A stretch of 64,000 bases of DNA from Mobula hypostoma (lineage: Eukaryota): NCBI RefSeq assembly GCF_963921235.1, contig NC_086108.1, positions 56,918,001 through 56,982,000 of the forward strand, written 5' to 3'. A program made the position numbers and the translations under genes. Below the pieces are notes generated by a model. It was not told the origin of the DNA. It saw only the letters and a program-made list of their open reading frames with translations, and did no database searches. Within the stretch, counting starts at the first letter, position 1. Each line of letters starts with the position of its first letter. Of the stretch, positions 51,547 to 64,000 are shown piece by piece.

Positions 51547-51865
51547 ATGGGGGAGTCTAGATCCAGCGGGCACGGCCTCAGAATAGAGGGGTGTCCCTTT
51601 AGAACAGAGATGAGGAGGATTTTCTTCAGCCAGATTGTGGTGAATGTGTGGAATTCATTGCCACAGATGGCTGAGGAGGTCAAGTCATTGGGTATACTTA
51701 AAGCGGAAGTTGATAGGTTCATGACTAGTCAGGGCATCAAAGGTTACGGGGAAAAGGCAAGAGAATGGGATTGAGAGGGATAATACATCAGCCATGATGG
51801 AATGGTGGAGCAGACCTGATGGGCAGAATGGACTATTCTGCTCCTATGTTTAATGGTCTTATGGC
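51547..51865 (+). mobile_element. CR1 LINE 3' end
   Basis: GHGLRIEGCPFRTEMRRIFFSQIVVNVWNSLP. Confidence 0.8.
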
Positions 51866-52554
51866 TTTTTGTTATATGAGAAAAAAAACTTTCAGAATAT
51901 GTTTCATCAACTCGAATGGAGTAATCCCAGCAATTTTCCAAGCACTTCTGAGTGTTGAATCTACGATTATTGATTTTCACTGCCTTAAGTTTACAAGGGA
52001 GGTGAAGTGGAAGATACATCAAGCTTATAATAAAATGGTGATTAGAGATGTTATTGGCCCTGCCCAGGGGAAAGTCAGCTGGGGGTGTCATGACACGGAG
52101 GTTGTATCAAAAGTGGCAATTTTCCCAGTCATATCAAAACTAGAAATAATCCACTGAAGGTGCAAAATGAGTACAAGAGAGAAAAATAAAAACACCGGTA
52201 ACCCTGTTGATGCTGGAAATCCAGAGCAATATGCACAAAATGCAAGATTGGTAGGCTGACATCCCAATGAGTTGGCCTCAGCCCAGACTGTCATTAATTT
52301 CTGTATCTGCTGAGTGATGGCTTTTCTCTGATTCCCAGCAACAGCTACAATTTCCGGCTAGCAAAGGAAAATGATGATTTAAATCATTTGCGAATTAAAA
52401 TAACACTATGTTTTCTGAAAGGCAACAGATTCATGATGTGCAATAATGATAAGAGCTTGCCTTGACCCTCTAATCTCACGAAAATGTTCAGAGCTTAGAG
52501 AATTGTTTATTGCTGTCATTTTACTATCCTTGAAGAGTGTAAGAATATGGTTAA

Positions 52555-52875
52555 AGATTAGCTTTATTAGTCACATGTACCTCAAAACATTGAAATATAT
52601 GGTGAAAAGTGTCATTTTCGTCAAAGACCATCACATACTGAAGATGTGCTGAGGGCAGCACACAAGTATTGCCCTGCTTCCGGCATCAACATAGCATGCC
52701 CACAACTTACTCACCCCATTCCGTATGTATTTGGAATGTGGGAGGAAGCTGGAGCACCCGGAGCAAACTACAGGGGGAACATAAAAACTTTGTTCAGACA
52801 GCAGTGAGAATTGAACCCTGATCTTCCAATCACTGGTGCTGTAAAGCATTGCACTAATTGCTACGTTACCATGCC
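52555..52875 (-). mobile_element. V-SINE (HE1-like)
   Basis: Reverse complement of the V-domain (gtgggaggaagctggagcacccggag) and of a B-box (ttgaaccc). Confidence 0.65.
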
Positions 52876-53314
52876 ATCTGTTACTGTTACGTTCATGTTA
52901 TGTCTAAAACTAAATAAACTCTACCAGATGTATTGAGCACTGAATCAGTTGTTTTAATCTTGCTTGACAGAAACCATTGCACAGTACCCTGACACAGGTA
53001 GAGCTGACTGCAATCTTTCCTGCAAACTGCACCCCATGACGTCTGAGTCAGACAGACAGCACTGCCCACTGGAAGGGTTACAGCCTACCGTGCCCAATGC
53101 TGCAGAGCAATTACCCGTTGAGCCACTGTTCCCCCGACCAAGCAGCATACCTACGGCTGTCCTTCAAACCACCTCAGTCCCCACCAAATTAAAATCAAGC
53201 TTTATTGTCCACAGTTCACACAACTTATCTCCAGAGTCGTCAAAGAACTGACTATAAAACAAAAAGAAATCAACTCTTCAGTGAATCAGGTGCATCTTGC
53301 TTAAGAAACTGAAC

Positions 53315-53613
53315 AGAAATAACGTCTCCTCCTTGCTGACAACCGATACTGGTGCACCACAAGGATGCATGCTTAGCCCACTGCTCTTCTCTTTCTACAC
53401 CCACGACTGCATGTCTAGGCACAGCTCAAAAACTGCCGATAAATTTGCCAATGACATAACTATTGCTGGCAGAATTTCAAATGGTGACGAAAAGACATGC
53501 AGGAGTGAGGTCGATCAGCTGATTGAAAGTGCTGCTTCAAAGCAACCTTGCCCTCAGCATCAGTAAGACCAAGGAATTGATTGTGGACTTCAGGAAGTGG
53601 AAGTTGAAGAAAC
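53315..53613 (+). mobile_element. Rex1-type LINE, 5' part; continues at 58950-59600
   Basis: TGAPQGCMLSPLLFSFYTHDC...KFANDITIAG; continuity across the CR1 insertion with AAAC duplicated. Confidence 0.8.
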
Positions 53614-56016
53614 TTTAGATTGTTTCAGAAAGGACAGGGAAGGAGATAAAAGAGGTGGGGGCGTGGCACTGTTGATCAGAGAGTGTCACAGCTGCAGAAA
53701 AGGAGGAAGTCACGGAGGGGTTGTCTACGGAGTCTCTGTGGGTTGAAGTTAGGAATAGGAAGGGGTCAATAACTCTACTGGGTGTTTCTTATAGACCACG
53801 CAATAGTAACAGGGACATCGAGGAGCAGGTAGGGAGACAGATTCTGGAAAGGAGTAATAATAACAGGGTTGGTGTGGTGGGAGATTTTAATTTCCCAAAT
53901 ATTGATTGGCATCTCCCTAGAGTGAGGGGTTTAGATGGGCTGGAGTTTGGTAGGTGTGTTCTGGAAGGTTTCTTGACACAGTAGGTAGATAAGCCTACAA
54001 GAGGAGAGGCTGTACTTGATCTGGTATTGGGAAATGAACCTGGTCAGGTGTCAGGTCTCTCAGTGGGAGAGCATTTTAGAGACAGTGATCACAATTCTAT
54101 CTCCTTTACCGTAGCATTGGAGAGGAATAGGATCAGACAAGTTAGCGAAACATTTAATTGGAGTAAAGGGAAATATGAGGCTATCAGGCAGGAACTTGGA
54201 AGCATAAATTGGAAACAGATGTTCTCAGGGAACTGTACAGAAGAAATGTGGCAAATGTTCAGGGGATATTTGTGTGGAGTTCTGCATAGATACGTTCCAA
54301 TGAGACAGGGAAAGGATGGGAGGATACAGAAACTGTGGTGTAGAAAGGCTGTTGTAAATCTAGTCAAGAAGGAAACAAGAGCTTACGAAAGGTTCAACAA
54401 ACTAGGTAATGATAGAGATCTAGAAGATTATAAGGTTAGCAGAAAGGAGCTTAAGAACGAAATTAGGAGAGCCAGAAGGGGCCATGAGAAGGCCTTGGCA
54501 GACAGGATTAAGGAAAACCCCAAGGCATTCTACAAGTATGTGAAGAGCAAGAGGATAAGACATGAGAGAATAGGACCAATCAAGTGTGACAGTGGAAAAG
54601 TGTGTGTGGAACCAGAGGAGATGGCAGAGGTACTTAATGAATATTTTGCTTCAGTATTCACTACAAAAAAGGATCTTAGCGATTGTAGGGATGACTTGCA
54701 GCGGACTGAAAAGCTTGAGCATATAGATATTAAGGAAGAGGATGTGCTGGAGCTTTTGGAAAGCATCAAGTGGGATAAGTCACCGGGACCAGATGGGATG
54801 TAACCCAGGCTACCGTGGGAAGGGAGGAAGGAGAGGGCTGAGCCTCTGGCGATGATCTTTGCATCATCAATGAGGACGGGAAAGGTTCCGGAGGATTGGA
54901 GGGTTGCGGATGTTGTTCCCTTAATCAAGAAAGGGAGTAGGGATAGCCCAGGAAATTGTAGACCAGTGAGTCTTACTTCTATGGTTGGTAAGTTGATGGA
55001 GAAGATCCTGAGAGGCAGGATTTATGAACACTTGGAGAGCCATAATATGATTAGGAATAGTCAGCATGGCTTTGTCAAAGGCAGGTTGTGCCTTACGAGC
55101 CTGATTGAATTTTTTTGAAGATGTGACTAAACACATTGATGAGGGTAGAGCTGTAGATGTAGTGTATATGGACTTTAGCAAGGCATTTGATAAGGTACCC
55201 CATGCAAGGCTTATTGAGAAAGTAAGGAGGCATGGGATCCAAGGGGACATTGTTTTGTGGATCCAGAATTGGCTTGCCCACAGAAGGCAAAGAGTGGTTG
55301 TAGACGGGTCATATTCTGCATGGAGGCCGGTGACCAGTGGTGTGCCTCAGGGATCTGTTCTGGGACCCCTACTCTTTGTAATTCTTATAAATGACCTGAG
55401 TGAAGAAGTGGAGGGATGGGTTAGTAAATTTGCTGATGACACAAAAGTTGGGGTTTTTTTGGATAGTGTGGAGGGCTGTCCGAGATTACAGCTGGACATT
55501 GAGAGGATGCAAAAGTGGGCTGAGAAGTGGCAGATGGAGTTCAACCTAGATAAGTGTGAGGTGGTTCATCTTGGTAGGTCAAATATGATGGCAGAATATA
55601 GCATTAATGGCAAGACTCTTGGCAGTGTGGAGGATCAGAGGGATCTTGGGGTCCAAGTCCATAGGACACTCAAAGCTGCTACGCAGGTTGACTCTGTGAA
55701 TAAGTAGGCATATGGTGCATTAGCCTTCATCAACCACGGGATTGAGTTTAAGAGCCGACAGGTAATGTTGCAGCTTTATGGGACCCTGTTCAGACCCCAC
55801 TTGGAGTACTTTGCTCATTTCTGCTTGCCTCACTACAGGGAAGACATGGAAACCATAGAAAGGGTGCAGAGGAGACTTACAAGGATGTTGCCCGGATTGT
55901 GGAGCATGCCTTATGAGAATAGGTTGAGTGAACTCACGTTTTCTCCTTGGAGTGACGGAGGATGAGAGGTGACCTGATAGAGGTGTACAAGATAATGAGA
56001 GGCATTGATCATGTGG
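53614..56016 (+). mobile_element. CR1 LINE ORF2, copy 1 (3' end cut at the rearrangement junction)
   Basis: ORFs 53721-55965 contain VGDFNFP, SDHNSI, KSPGPDG, YMDFSKAFDKVPH, GVPQGSVLGP and KFADDTK. Confidence 0.92.
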
Positions 56017-56893
56017 AATTCAAGGGAAGTATTCTGTAATCAGCAGCGTCTGCATTTCTTTAACATCCCCTAAGCGTAAGAAAACAATTGTGCAGCCACA
56101 GCAGCAATCCCCTAGTGTGGAGAGCTGAACAAAAATGTGGTCAGGTTTTGTTCTGAGATGGAGAGAGATGAAAATATGCAGTGCTTTTGATTGAATTGTT
56201 AGGGCTTGAAACTACGGCTCTGGATTTGTAGAATGCAGATGTGTGAGGGTGGAGAGGAGGTCATTACAATCAGAAAGCCTCTCTGATCTTTAAGAAGTAT
56301 TTAGATGAGCACTTGGACTGCTACAGTGAAGAAGGCTACTGGCCAAGTATTGGCAAATGGAGTTAATAGTGGGCTCTTAGGCCTATTTCTCTGCTGTATG
56401 ACTCTGACCCTATGGTATGCTCCTCAGATCCCTTTAACAAATCCAACACATCATAGACCACAGGAGGTGTAAAACCAGTTCTTCCCACTCTCTCAGGTGC
56501 CAAACTTTCTTTCAGTTTAGCTCAGTGTATTTGCTGCTTAAGATGTGGTCTTTTCCACACAGGGGAGGCCAAGTGTAGATTCATTGATTCCTGGACAGAA
56601 AGCTTATCTGAATCAGAATCAGATTTAATACCCCTGGTTTATATCATGAAATTGGTTGTTTTGTGGCAGCAGTACATTGCAAAGCATAATAGTAAAAAAA
56701 ACTATACATTACAATAAGAAATGTATATAAAAATAAACTAAATACGCAGTACAAAAAGAGACGAAAAAAAAGAGAAAATGTAGTGAGGTAGTGTACATTC
56801 ATTCAGAAACCTGATAGCACAGGGGAAGAAGCTGTTCCCACAACACAGAGTGTGTGGCAGCAATGAGAAGGGGGTATGTCCAAGGAGATGAGG
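56016..56893 (-). repeat. Inverted copy of about 59310-60209
   Basis: For example, gaattcaagggaagtattctgtaatcagcagc (56016) matches the reverse complement of 60180-60209. Colinear along the whole arm. Confidence 0.92.
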
Positions 56894-58949
56894 TACGTTC
56901 CAATGAGACAGGGACAGGATGGAAGGGTACAGGAACCGTGGTGTAGAAAGGCTGTTATAAATCTAGTCAAAAAGAAAAGAAGAGCTTATGAAAGGTTCAA
57001 AGAACCAGGTAATGATAGAGATCTAGAAGATTATAAGGCTTGCAGAAAGGACCTTAAGAATGAAATTAAGAGAGCCAGAAGGGGCCATGAGAAGGCCTTG
57101 GCAGACAGGATTAAGGAAAACCCCAAGGCATTCTACAAGTATGTGAAGAGCAAAAGGATAAGACGTGAGAGAATAGGACCAATCAAGTGTGACAGTGGAA
57201 AAGTGTGTGTGGAACCGGAGGAGATGGCAGAGGTACTTAATGAATATTTTGCTTCAGTATTCACTACGGAAAAGGATCTTGGCAATCGTAGGGATGACTT
57301 GCAGTGGACTGAAAAGCTTGAGCATGTAGATATTAAGGAAGGGGATGTGCTGGAGCTTTTGGAAAGCATCAAGTGGGGTAAGTCATCGGGACCGGACGGG
57401 ATGTACCCCAGGATACTGTCGGAAGGGAGGGAGGAGATTACTGAGCCTCTGGCGATGATCTTTGCATCATCAATGAGGATGGGAGAGGTTCCAGAGGATT
57501 GGAGGGTTGTGGATGTTGTTCCCTTATTCAAGAAAGGGAGTAGGGATAGCCCAGGAAATTATAGACCAGTGAGTCTTACTTCAGTGATTGGTAAGTTGAC
57601 GGAGAAGATCCTGAGAGGCAGGAATTATGAACATTTGGAGAGCCATAATATGATTAGGAATAGTCAGCATGGCTTTGTCAGAGGCAGGTCGTGCCTTATG
57701 AGCCTGATTGAATTTTTTGAGGATGTGACCAAACATATTGATGAGGGTAGAGACGTAGATGTAGTGTATATGGACTTTAGCAGGGCATTTTATAAGGTAC
57801 CCCATGCAAGGCTTATTGAGAAAGTAAGGAGGCATGGGATCCAAGGGAATATTGCTTTGTGGATCCAGAACTGGCTTGCCCACAGAAGGCAAAGAGTGGT
57901 TGTAGATGGGTCATATTCTGCATGGAGGCTGGTGACCAGTGGTGTGCCTCAGGGATCTGTTCTGGGACCCCTACTCTTTGTAATTTTTATAAATGACCTG
58001 GATGAAGAAGTGGAGGGATGGGTTAGTAAATTTGCTGATGACACAAAAGTTGGGGTTTTTTTGGATAGTGTGGAGGGCTGTCTGAGATTACACTGGGACA
58101 TTGATAGGATGCAAAAGTGGGCTGAGAAGTGGCAGATGGAGTTCAACCCAGATATGTGTGAGGTGGTTCATCTTGGTAGGTCAAATATGATGGCAGAATA
58201 TAGCATTAATGGCAAGACTCTTGGCAGTGTGGAGGATCAGAGGGATCTTGAGGTCCAAGTCCATAGGACACTTAAAGCTGCTGCGCAGGTTGACTCTGTG
58301 GTTAAGAAGGCATAGAGTACATTGGCCTTCGTCAACCATGGGATTGAGTTTAAGAGCTGAGAGGTAATGTTGCGGCTATATAGGTCCCTGGTCAGACCCC
58401 ACTTGGAGTACTTTGCTCAGTTCTGGTCGCCTCACTACAGGAAAAATGTGGAAAGCATAGAAAGGGTACAGAGGGGATTTACAAGGATGTTGCCTGGATT
58501 GGGGAACATGCCTTATCAGAATAGGTTGAGTGAACACAACCTTTTCTCCTTGGAGCGAAGGAGGATGAGAGGTGACCTGATAGAGGTGTACAAGATAATG
58601 AGAGGCATTGATCATGTGAATAATCAGAGGCTTTTTCCCAGGGCTGAAATGGCTAGCATGAGAGGGCATAGTTTTAAGGTGCTTGAAAGTAGGTGCAGAG
58701 GAGGTGTCAGGGGTAAGTTTTTTATGCAGAGAGTGGTGAGTGCTTGGAATAGGCTGCCGGCGACGGTGGTGGAGGCGGAAACGATAGGGTCTTTAAAGAG
58801 ACTCCTGGATAAATACATGGAGCTTAGAAAAATAGAGGACTATGGAGAAGCCTAGGTAGTTCTAAGGTAAGGACATGTTCGGCATAGCTTTGTGGGCCAT
58901 AGGGCCTGTATTGTGCTGTAGATTTTCTGTGTTTCTATGTTTCTATTCT
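56891..58949 (+). mobile_element. CR1 LINE ORF2, copy 2 (local duplicate of 54290-56016, with intact 3' tail)
   Basis: 479-aa RT ORF 56876-58315 and ORF 58367-58855; (tttcta) tail. Confidence 0.93.
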
Positions 58950-59600
58950 AAACATACACCAGTCCTCACTGAGGGATCAGCAATGGAACAGATGAGCAGT
59001 TTCAAGTTCCAGGGTGTCAACATCTCTGTAGATCTATCCTGCGCCCAACATATTGATGCAATTACAAAGAAGGCACAACAGTGACTATATTTCATGAAGA
59101 GTTTGAAGAGACTTGTGTGTCACTAAAGACTATCTCAAATTTCTACAGACGCACCATGGAGAGCATTCTAACTGGTTGCTCTGGAGGATCAGAAAAAGCT
59201 GCAGAGAGTCGCAGACTCAGCCAGTTCCATCATGGGCACCAGCCTCCCCAGCATTGAGGACATCTTCAAAAGGCAGTGTCTCCAACGGGTGGTATCTATC
59301 ATTAATGATCCTCATCGCCCCATCCTTGGACATATCCTCTTCTCATTGCTGCCACACACTCTGTGTTGTGGGAACAGCTTCTTCCCCTGTGCTATCAGGT
59401 TTCTGAATGAATGTACACTACCTCACTACATTTTCCCTTTTTTTTGTCTCTTTTTGTACTGCGTATTTAATTTACTTTTATATACATTTCTTATTGTAAT
59501 GTATAGTTTTTTATTATTATGCATTGCAATGTACTGCTGCCACAAAACAACCAATTTCATGATATAAACCAGGGGTATTAAACCTGATTCTGATTCAGAT
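58950..59600 (+). mobile_element. Rex1-type LINE, 3' part
   Basis: FKFQGVNISVDLSCAQHIDAITKKAQQ; tail ctgattctgattc. Confidence 0.8.
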
Positions 59601-61614
59601 AAGCTTTCTGTCCAGGAGTCAACGGATCTACACCTGGCCTCCCCTGTGTGGAAAAGACCACATCTTAAGCAGCAAATACACTGAGCTAAACTGAAAGAAT
59701 GTTTGGCACCTGAGAGAGTGGGAAGAACTAGTTTTACACCTCCTGTGGTCTAAGATGTGTTCGATTTGTTAAAGGGATCTGAGGAGCATACCATAGGGTC
59801 AGAGTCATACAGCAGAGAAAAAGGCCCAAGAGCCCACCATGACGATGACCCTTCTATACTAACTCCATTTGCCAGTACTTGGCTAGTAGCCTTCTTCACT
59901 GTAGCAGTCCAAGTGCTCATCTGAATACTTCTTAAAGATCAGAGAGGCTTTCTGATTGTAATGACCTCCTTTCCACCCTCGCACATCTGCATTCTAAAAA
60001 TCCACAGCCGAAGTTTCAAGCCCTAACAATTCAATCAAAAGCACTGCATATTTTCATCTCTCTCCATCTCAGAACAAAACCTGACCACTTTTTTGTTCAG
60101 CTCTCCACACTAGTGGATTGCTGCTGTGGCTGCCCAATTGTTTTCTTACGCTTAGGGGATGTTAAAGAAATGTAGACGCTGCTGATTACAGAACACTTCC
60201 CTCAAATTCAAGAAACACCAGCAAAAGTGCTGGTAAATCAAGCCCAGCCCAAAAATTGCAGGGAAAAACACAAAATGAAAGATGAATTGAAAGGATTTTA
60301 GGAAGTGAGCCACATGTAGAGATGAGGCAACAGCCATACTCTGGAAGTAATAATTTAATGCAGCTGTTGTAACGTAATTGCAATAAAGGGCTTTATTACA
60401 GCCAGGGACAATACAATATGTTGCTGATAATCTTGGTTCAGTAAGGAAAGGCAGTGTGGCTGAAGATAAAAAAGTTCTTTAGTGGTTTTTTTGGTTGCCC
60501 CACCCTGACCCTGCTGAAAGGAAACCTAACTCATTGTCCCTGCTCCTTCCTGCACCCACTGCACAATCTACTCTCAATTCATTTTGTAGTTTCACAGAAC
60601 ACACTGAGATTTGGCACCACCCAAATCTGCCTCCATACGTCTGACATTTTGTAAGTCATGTGCTAATTATCTATGATCTCAGCCTTCCTTTGCCAGTAGC
60701 TGGCTTGAGTTTGTATATTTTAAAAAAATTGCAGTATTAACAATTGGTCCTTTTTAAGATTATTCTAGAGCCATTAGTTCATGCTTTCTGATGAAATAGG
60801 TTATAGTTAATTTCTCTGAAAGCAATCCCTAACTACAGAGAGGTATAAAAAAACAAGGAAGGCAGTACAGCAGGTTAATTTTTGAATACTGAGCATTCTC
60901 AGCCTAGGTTTCCAAGAATAACATAGCATCTGAACATGGTACCACACCCTAATATACATTAGTGTCATTAAAATGAATAGGGACTAAAAATCTTAAAAAT
61001 GTGATATTTACATCTTGCATCGCTCAGTGGTTTAACAGGGGAAGGCTGCTTGGAATTTTTTGAGGCACATTACTGTCAGTCACAGCCAACTGGATGGTGT
61101 GCATAAGGCAGAAACAATAGAAATGATAGAATGCAGGCTTAGGCCATGGGGAATTCAGCCAGGATTCCGATCAAAAAGAATGTGAGGGATGCCATATAAA
61201 TTCAAAGTTCTTACATAGCACTGAGTATTGCATTCAAATTATTTTGGCTCATAGAAATTCACATTTTAGAACCATGTTACTTTTGCTAAAGATAAAATAA
61301 TTTATCAGATCTATTTCTGCCAAATTCATAGGTTCTGCAGCTTGTTCTATCATGGTACTGACTTTGCAATATTTGCAACATAGTACAGGTCAACCTTCAC
61401 TAATCTGGCACCACTGGGGCCTGAGGAGTGCCGGATTAGTGAAAATGCCAGATTACAGAAGGATCACATTAAGCAATAGCTAACCATCTCATCATATTTT
61501 TAAAATATCATGTAAGTCAGTACAAGTTAGATAATAATAAAACAGAAATATTAAATGAGTAGCAAGTGAAATTTTAATAAGGTAATATATTGTACAGGCA
61601 TAGATGAAATAAAG

Positions 61615-61964
61615 CAGTGGTCCCAGCCTCTGGGCCGCGGACCGATACTGGGCCGCGAAGAATGCAGAGGTGCAGCAGTAGGCGGAATGCACCCAGCACA
61701 TCTTTAAGAAAAAAAGCCGAAATAAACAAGCTAATTAATTAGGTGCCGCCCGGCTTGTAAATGTCGGCCCAGATCAGAGGCGATGCAATCGGCAATTGCC
61801 TCTGATCTGGGCTGACATTTACGTGCCGGGCAGCACCTAATTAATTCACTTGTTTATTTCAGCTTTTTTCTTAAAGATATGCTGGGTGCATTCCGACTAC
61901 CACTGCACCGCTGCATTTTTCATAGCAATGTATTGGTCCGCGGCCCGGAGGTTGGGGACCACTG
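61615..61964. mobile_element. Palindromic hAT MITE with 8-bp TSD, nested in Tigger
   Basis: TIRs cagtggtccc and gggaccactg. TSD aaataaag at 61607-61614 and 61965-61972. Confidence 0.92.
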
Positions 61965-62342
61965 AAATAAAGGGTACAGGTAAATGTACAGGAATTAACT
62001 TTTACAGAAAAGTTGAGCACTTCCGCCTCTAAAGTGAGACGTTTAATATACCTTCAGGCAAAGTTACATGTCTGCGAGTGTGGGGTTGTCAGGATCATCA
62101 ACATCTTCATTTTGAAAACGAATGAAGCAGCAGGAACTGGTGCTGAAACTGGTTGGTGGCAGCACATCTGGGTGAGCAGAAGCTGATGGCACTGGATTTT
62201 CAAGTGTTAGCTCCCCTGTTGCACTTTTTCTAGCAATTTTTGAACATATCTTCCAATGTAAGCTGTTTTGTATATTTTGGTCTCTCTCTGATTAGCTTAT
62301 CCTGCAGCATATAAACACTCATTATTTCTTGCTCAGTTATAA

Positions 62343-62656
62343 TGTTCACTACATAATGTACTGGTTGGGCACAGGAGTACATTCAGCCAGAGACTCATTC
62401 CACCGAGATGCAACACTGAGCGTCATAGGAAGTCATTCCTGCCTGTGGCCATCAAACTTCACAACTCCTCCCTTGGAGGGTTAGACACCCTGAGCCAATA
62501 GGCTGGTCCTGGACTTATTTCCTGGCATAATTTACATATTATTATTTAATTATTTATGGTTTTATATTGCTATATTTATACTCTATTCTTGGTTGGTGCA
62601 ACTGTAATGAAACCCAATTTCCCTCGGGATCAATAAAGTATGACTATGACTATGAC
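62343..62656 (+). mobile_element. LINE 3' end (same family as 42674-43408) nested in the Tigger transposase
   Basis: Near-identical to 43100-43408; (tatgac)n tail; TATAA duplicated on both sides. Confidence 0.85.
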
Positions 62657-64000
62657 TATAAAACTTCATTACTCTAATCCTTTCAGCAATTCACCTGTCA
62701 ATTTAATTAGCCTGTCAATCGAAAGTCTCTCTGCTACAACTTCCTCATCTTCATCACTGCTTTCTCCTCCAATATCTTCCTTCTCTGGATGTACAACCAT
62801 CTGCACAATTTCCAACTCAGTATAATGATGAACAGTAGGCTCATTCTCATCTATATTCATCCATTCTTCAACATTGTCACCATTGAACCTTGATGCAAGA
62901 TCCTTGGCAGCAGGATTAGTTAGCTCTTGAGCAAAAGAAAGCAGTTCACGTATAATCTGTTTTTCCTTGGAACCTCTAAAGCCTGTAAAGTCATTTCCAG
63001 TGTCTTCACCAGGCAGACTCAAACAATAAACCTGGCCATAATCTATGCCAACCATTCTTCAGTGTGGATGGCTCTACAGACCTCCAAGTATTAGCAGCAA
63101 AGTAAATCATCTCTTTCATATTAAAATCCTTTATAAATTCCTTTACCGGTCTGCCAGTATTAACTGCACTCAAAAGGTGCCTCATAAACAGGGAACAATA
63201 CTTCGACTTGTGAGAATGTAATATGCCATTGTCCAGGGGTTGAATTAATGACATACAGTTAGATGGCAGGAAGATACCAAAAACATTTTTTTTACCCGGA
63301 GTTCTGCTTTCGGGTGTGCTGAACAGTTGTCAAAAACAAGCATTATCTTACAGTTGTGATGCAGGCCAACAGAGTCACAGTGAGCTCGTGCTTCGAGAAC
63401 GAAATAATTTTCAAACCATTCTAGTGTGGTGCTGGTTGTAATCCGTCCGTTTTTGTTAGCACGGTAAATTACAGGAAACTGCGTCATACCTTTGAAGGCC
63501 CTGGGACGTAAACTTTTGCCAATGACCAGTAACTTACATCTGTAGGTTCCTGGAGTATTAGAGCAGCCTAGCAAAGTCACACGATCTCTCGATGCCTTAT
63601 ACTCTGTTGGTGTTTCTGCATCTGCTGTTGTTAGTGTTCTTCTTGGTGTACATCTCCAATGCAAAGCAGTCTCATTAGCATTGTACACCTGCTCGGGGCT
63701 TAATTTTTCATCGGAGACTAATTTGGCGAACTGGTCAACAAACTCTGCTGCTGTTTCCCTGTCAGCTGAACGTTTTTCACCACACGGTACACCAAACTGT
63801 AAGCCATGAAGCTGCTTGAACCGATGAAGCCAGCCTTCACTATAGTCACACTCATAATCTAGTCCTAGTTCTTCATGAAACACTTTTGCTTGTCCTTCAC
63901 CATATCTCCAGATAGTTCAACACCTTCACTTACAGGAAGATTAAACCACGTTGTCAGCACTTTATATAGTTCCGAACTTCTTCCTTCTTTCATTGTTTTT

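Larger units (their letters stand above)
61386..64000 (-). mobile_element. Tigger/pogo DNA transposon with a frameshifted jerky/TIGD-like transposase; runs off the window
   Basis: TA + CAGGTCAACCTTCACTAATC terminus; SEGWLHRFK, QVYNANETALHW, VFDNCSAHP and SLIQPLDNGIL (DDE_1-type motifs). Confidence 0.88.

Noticed and set aside
56876..58315. 479-aa ORF as a functional gene
   Set aside because: Partial CR1 ORF2 with a chimeric start at the rearrangement junction and a premature stop.
62669..63883. Domesticated jerky/TIGD host gene
   Set aside because: Frameshifted, first catalytic D reads N (NANET), interrupted by a LINE, and a TA-flanked terminus is present. It is a dead transposon.
1..64000. 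CRISPR arrays, rRNA or prokaryotic operons
   Set aside because: No regularly spaced repeats or rRNA motifs; the content is eukaryotic TE sequence.

Overview
Repeat-dense, gene-poor vertebrate DNA. The repeat families (CR1 with SGNH-esterase ORF1, Rex1/Babar-type LINEs, HE1/V-SINE-like SINEs, Penelope-like elements, L1, hAT and Tigger/pogo) suggest a cartilaginous fish, possibly a ray; this is inferred from repeats only. No intact host protein-coding gene is recognisable. The main feature is a decayed 13.7-kb provirus (19166-32850) with TGTTG...CAACA LTRs, a 4-bp CACC target-site duplication, PBS and PPT. It encodes a coiled-coil Gag with PTAP and a CCHC knuckle, and a Pol with protease, YVDD RT, a tether-like RNase H and the integrase C-terminus. 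Its env has the layout of a paramyxo/pneumovirus-type F protein rather than an orthoretroviral SU/TM, which points to a lokiretrovirus-like element. A signal peptide and an extra beta-rich, possibly lectin-like domain precede the F-like part. Other notable features are an intact minimal hammerhead ribozyme in a Penelope terminal repeat, a near-perfect fold-back element centred on that ribozyme, and an old duplication/inverted-duplication rearrangement at 54.3-60.2 kb. Most repeat boundaries are approximate unless a TSD is quoted, and all translations and alignments were done by eye.
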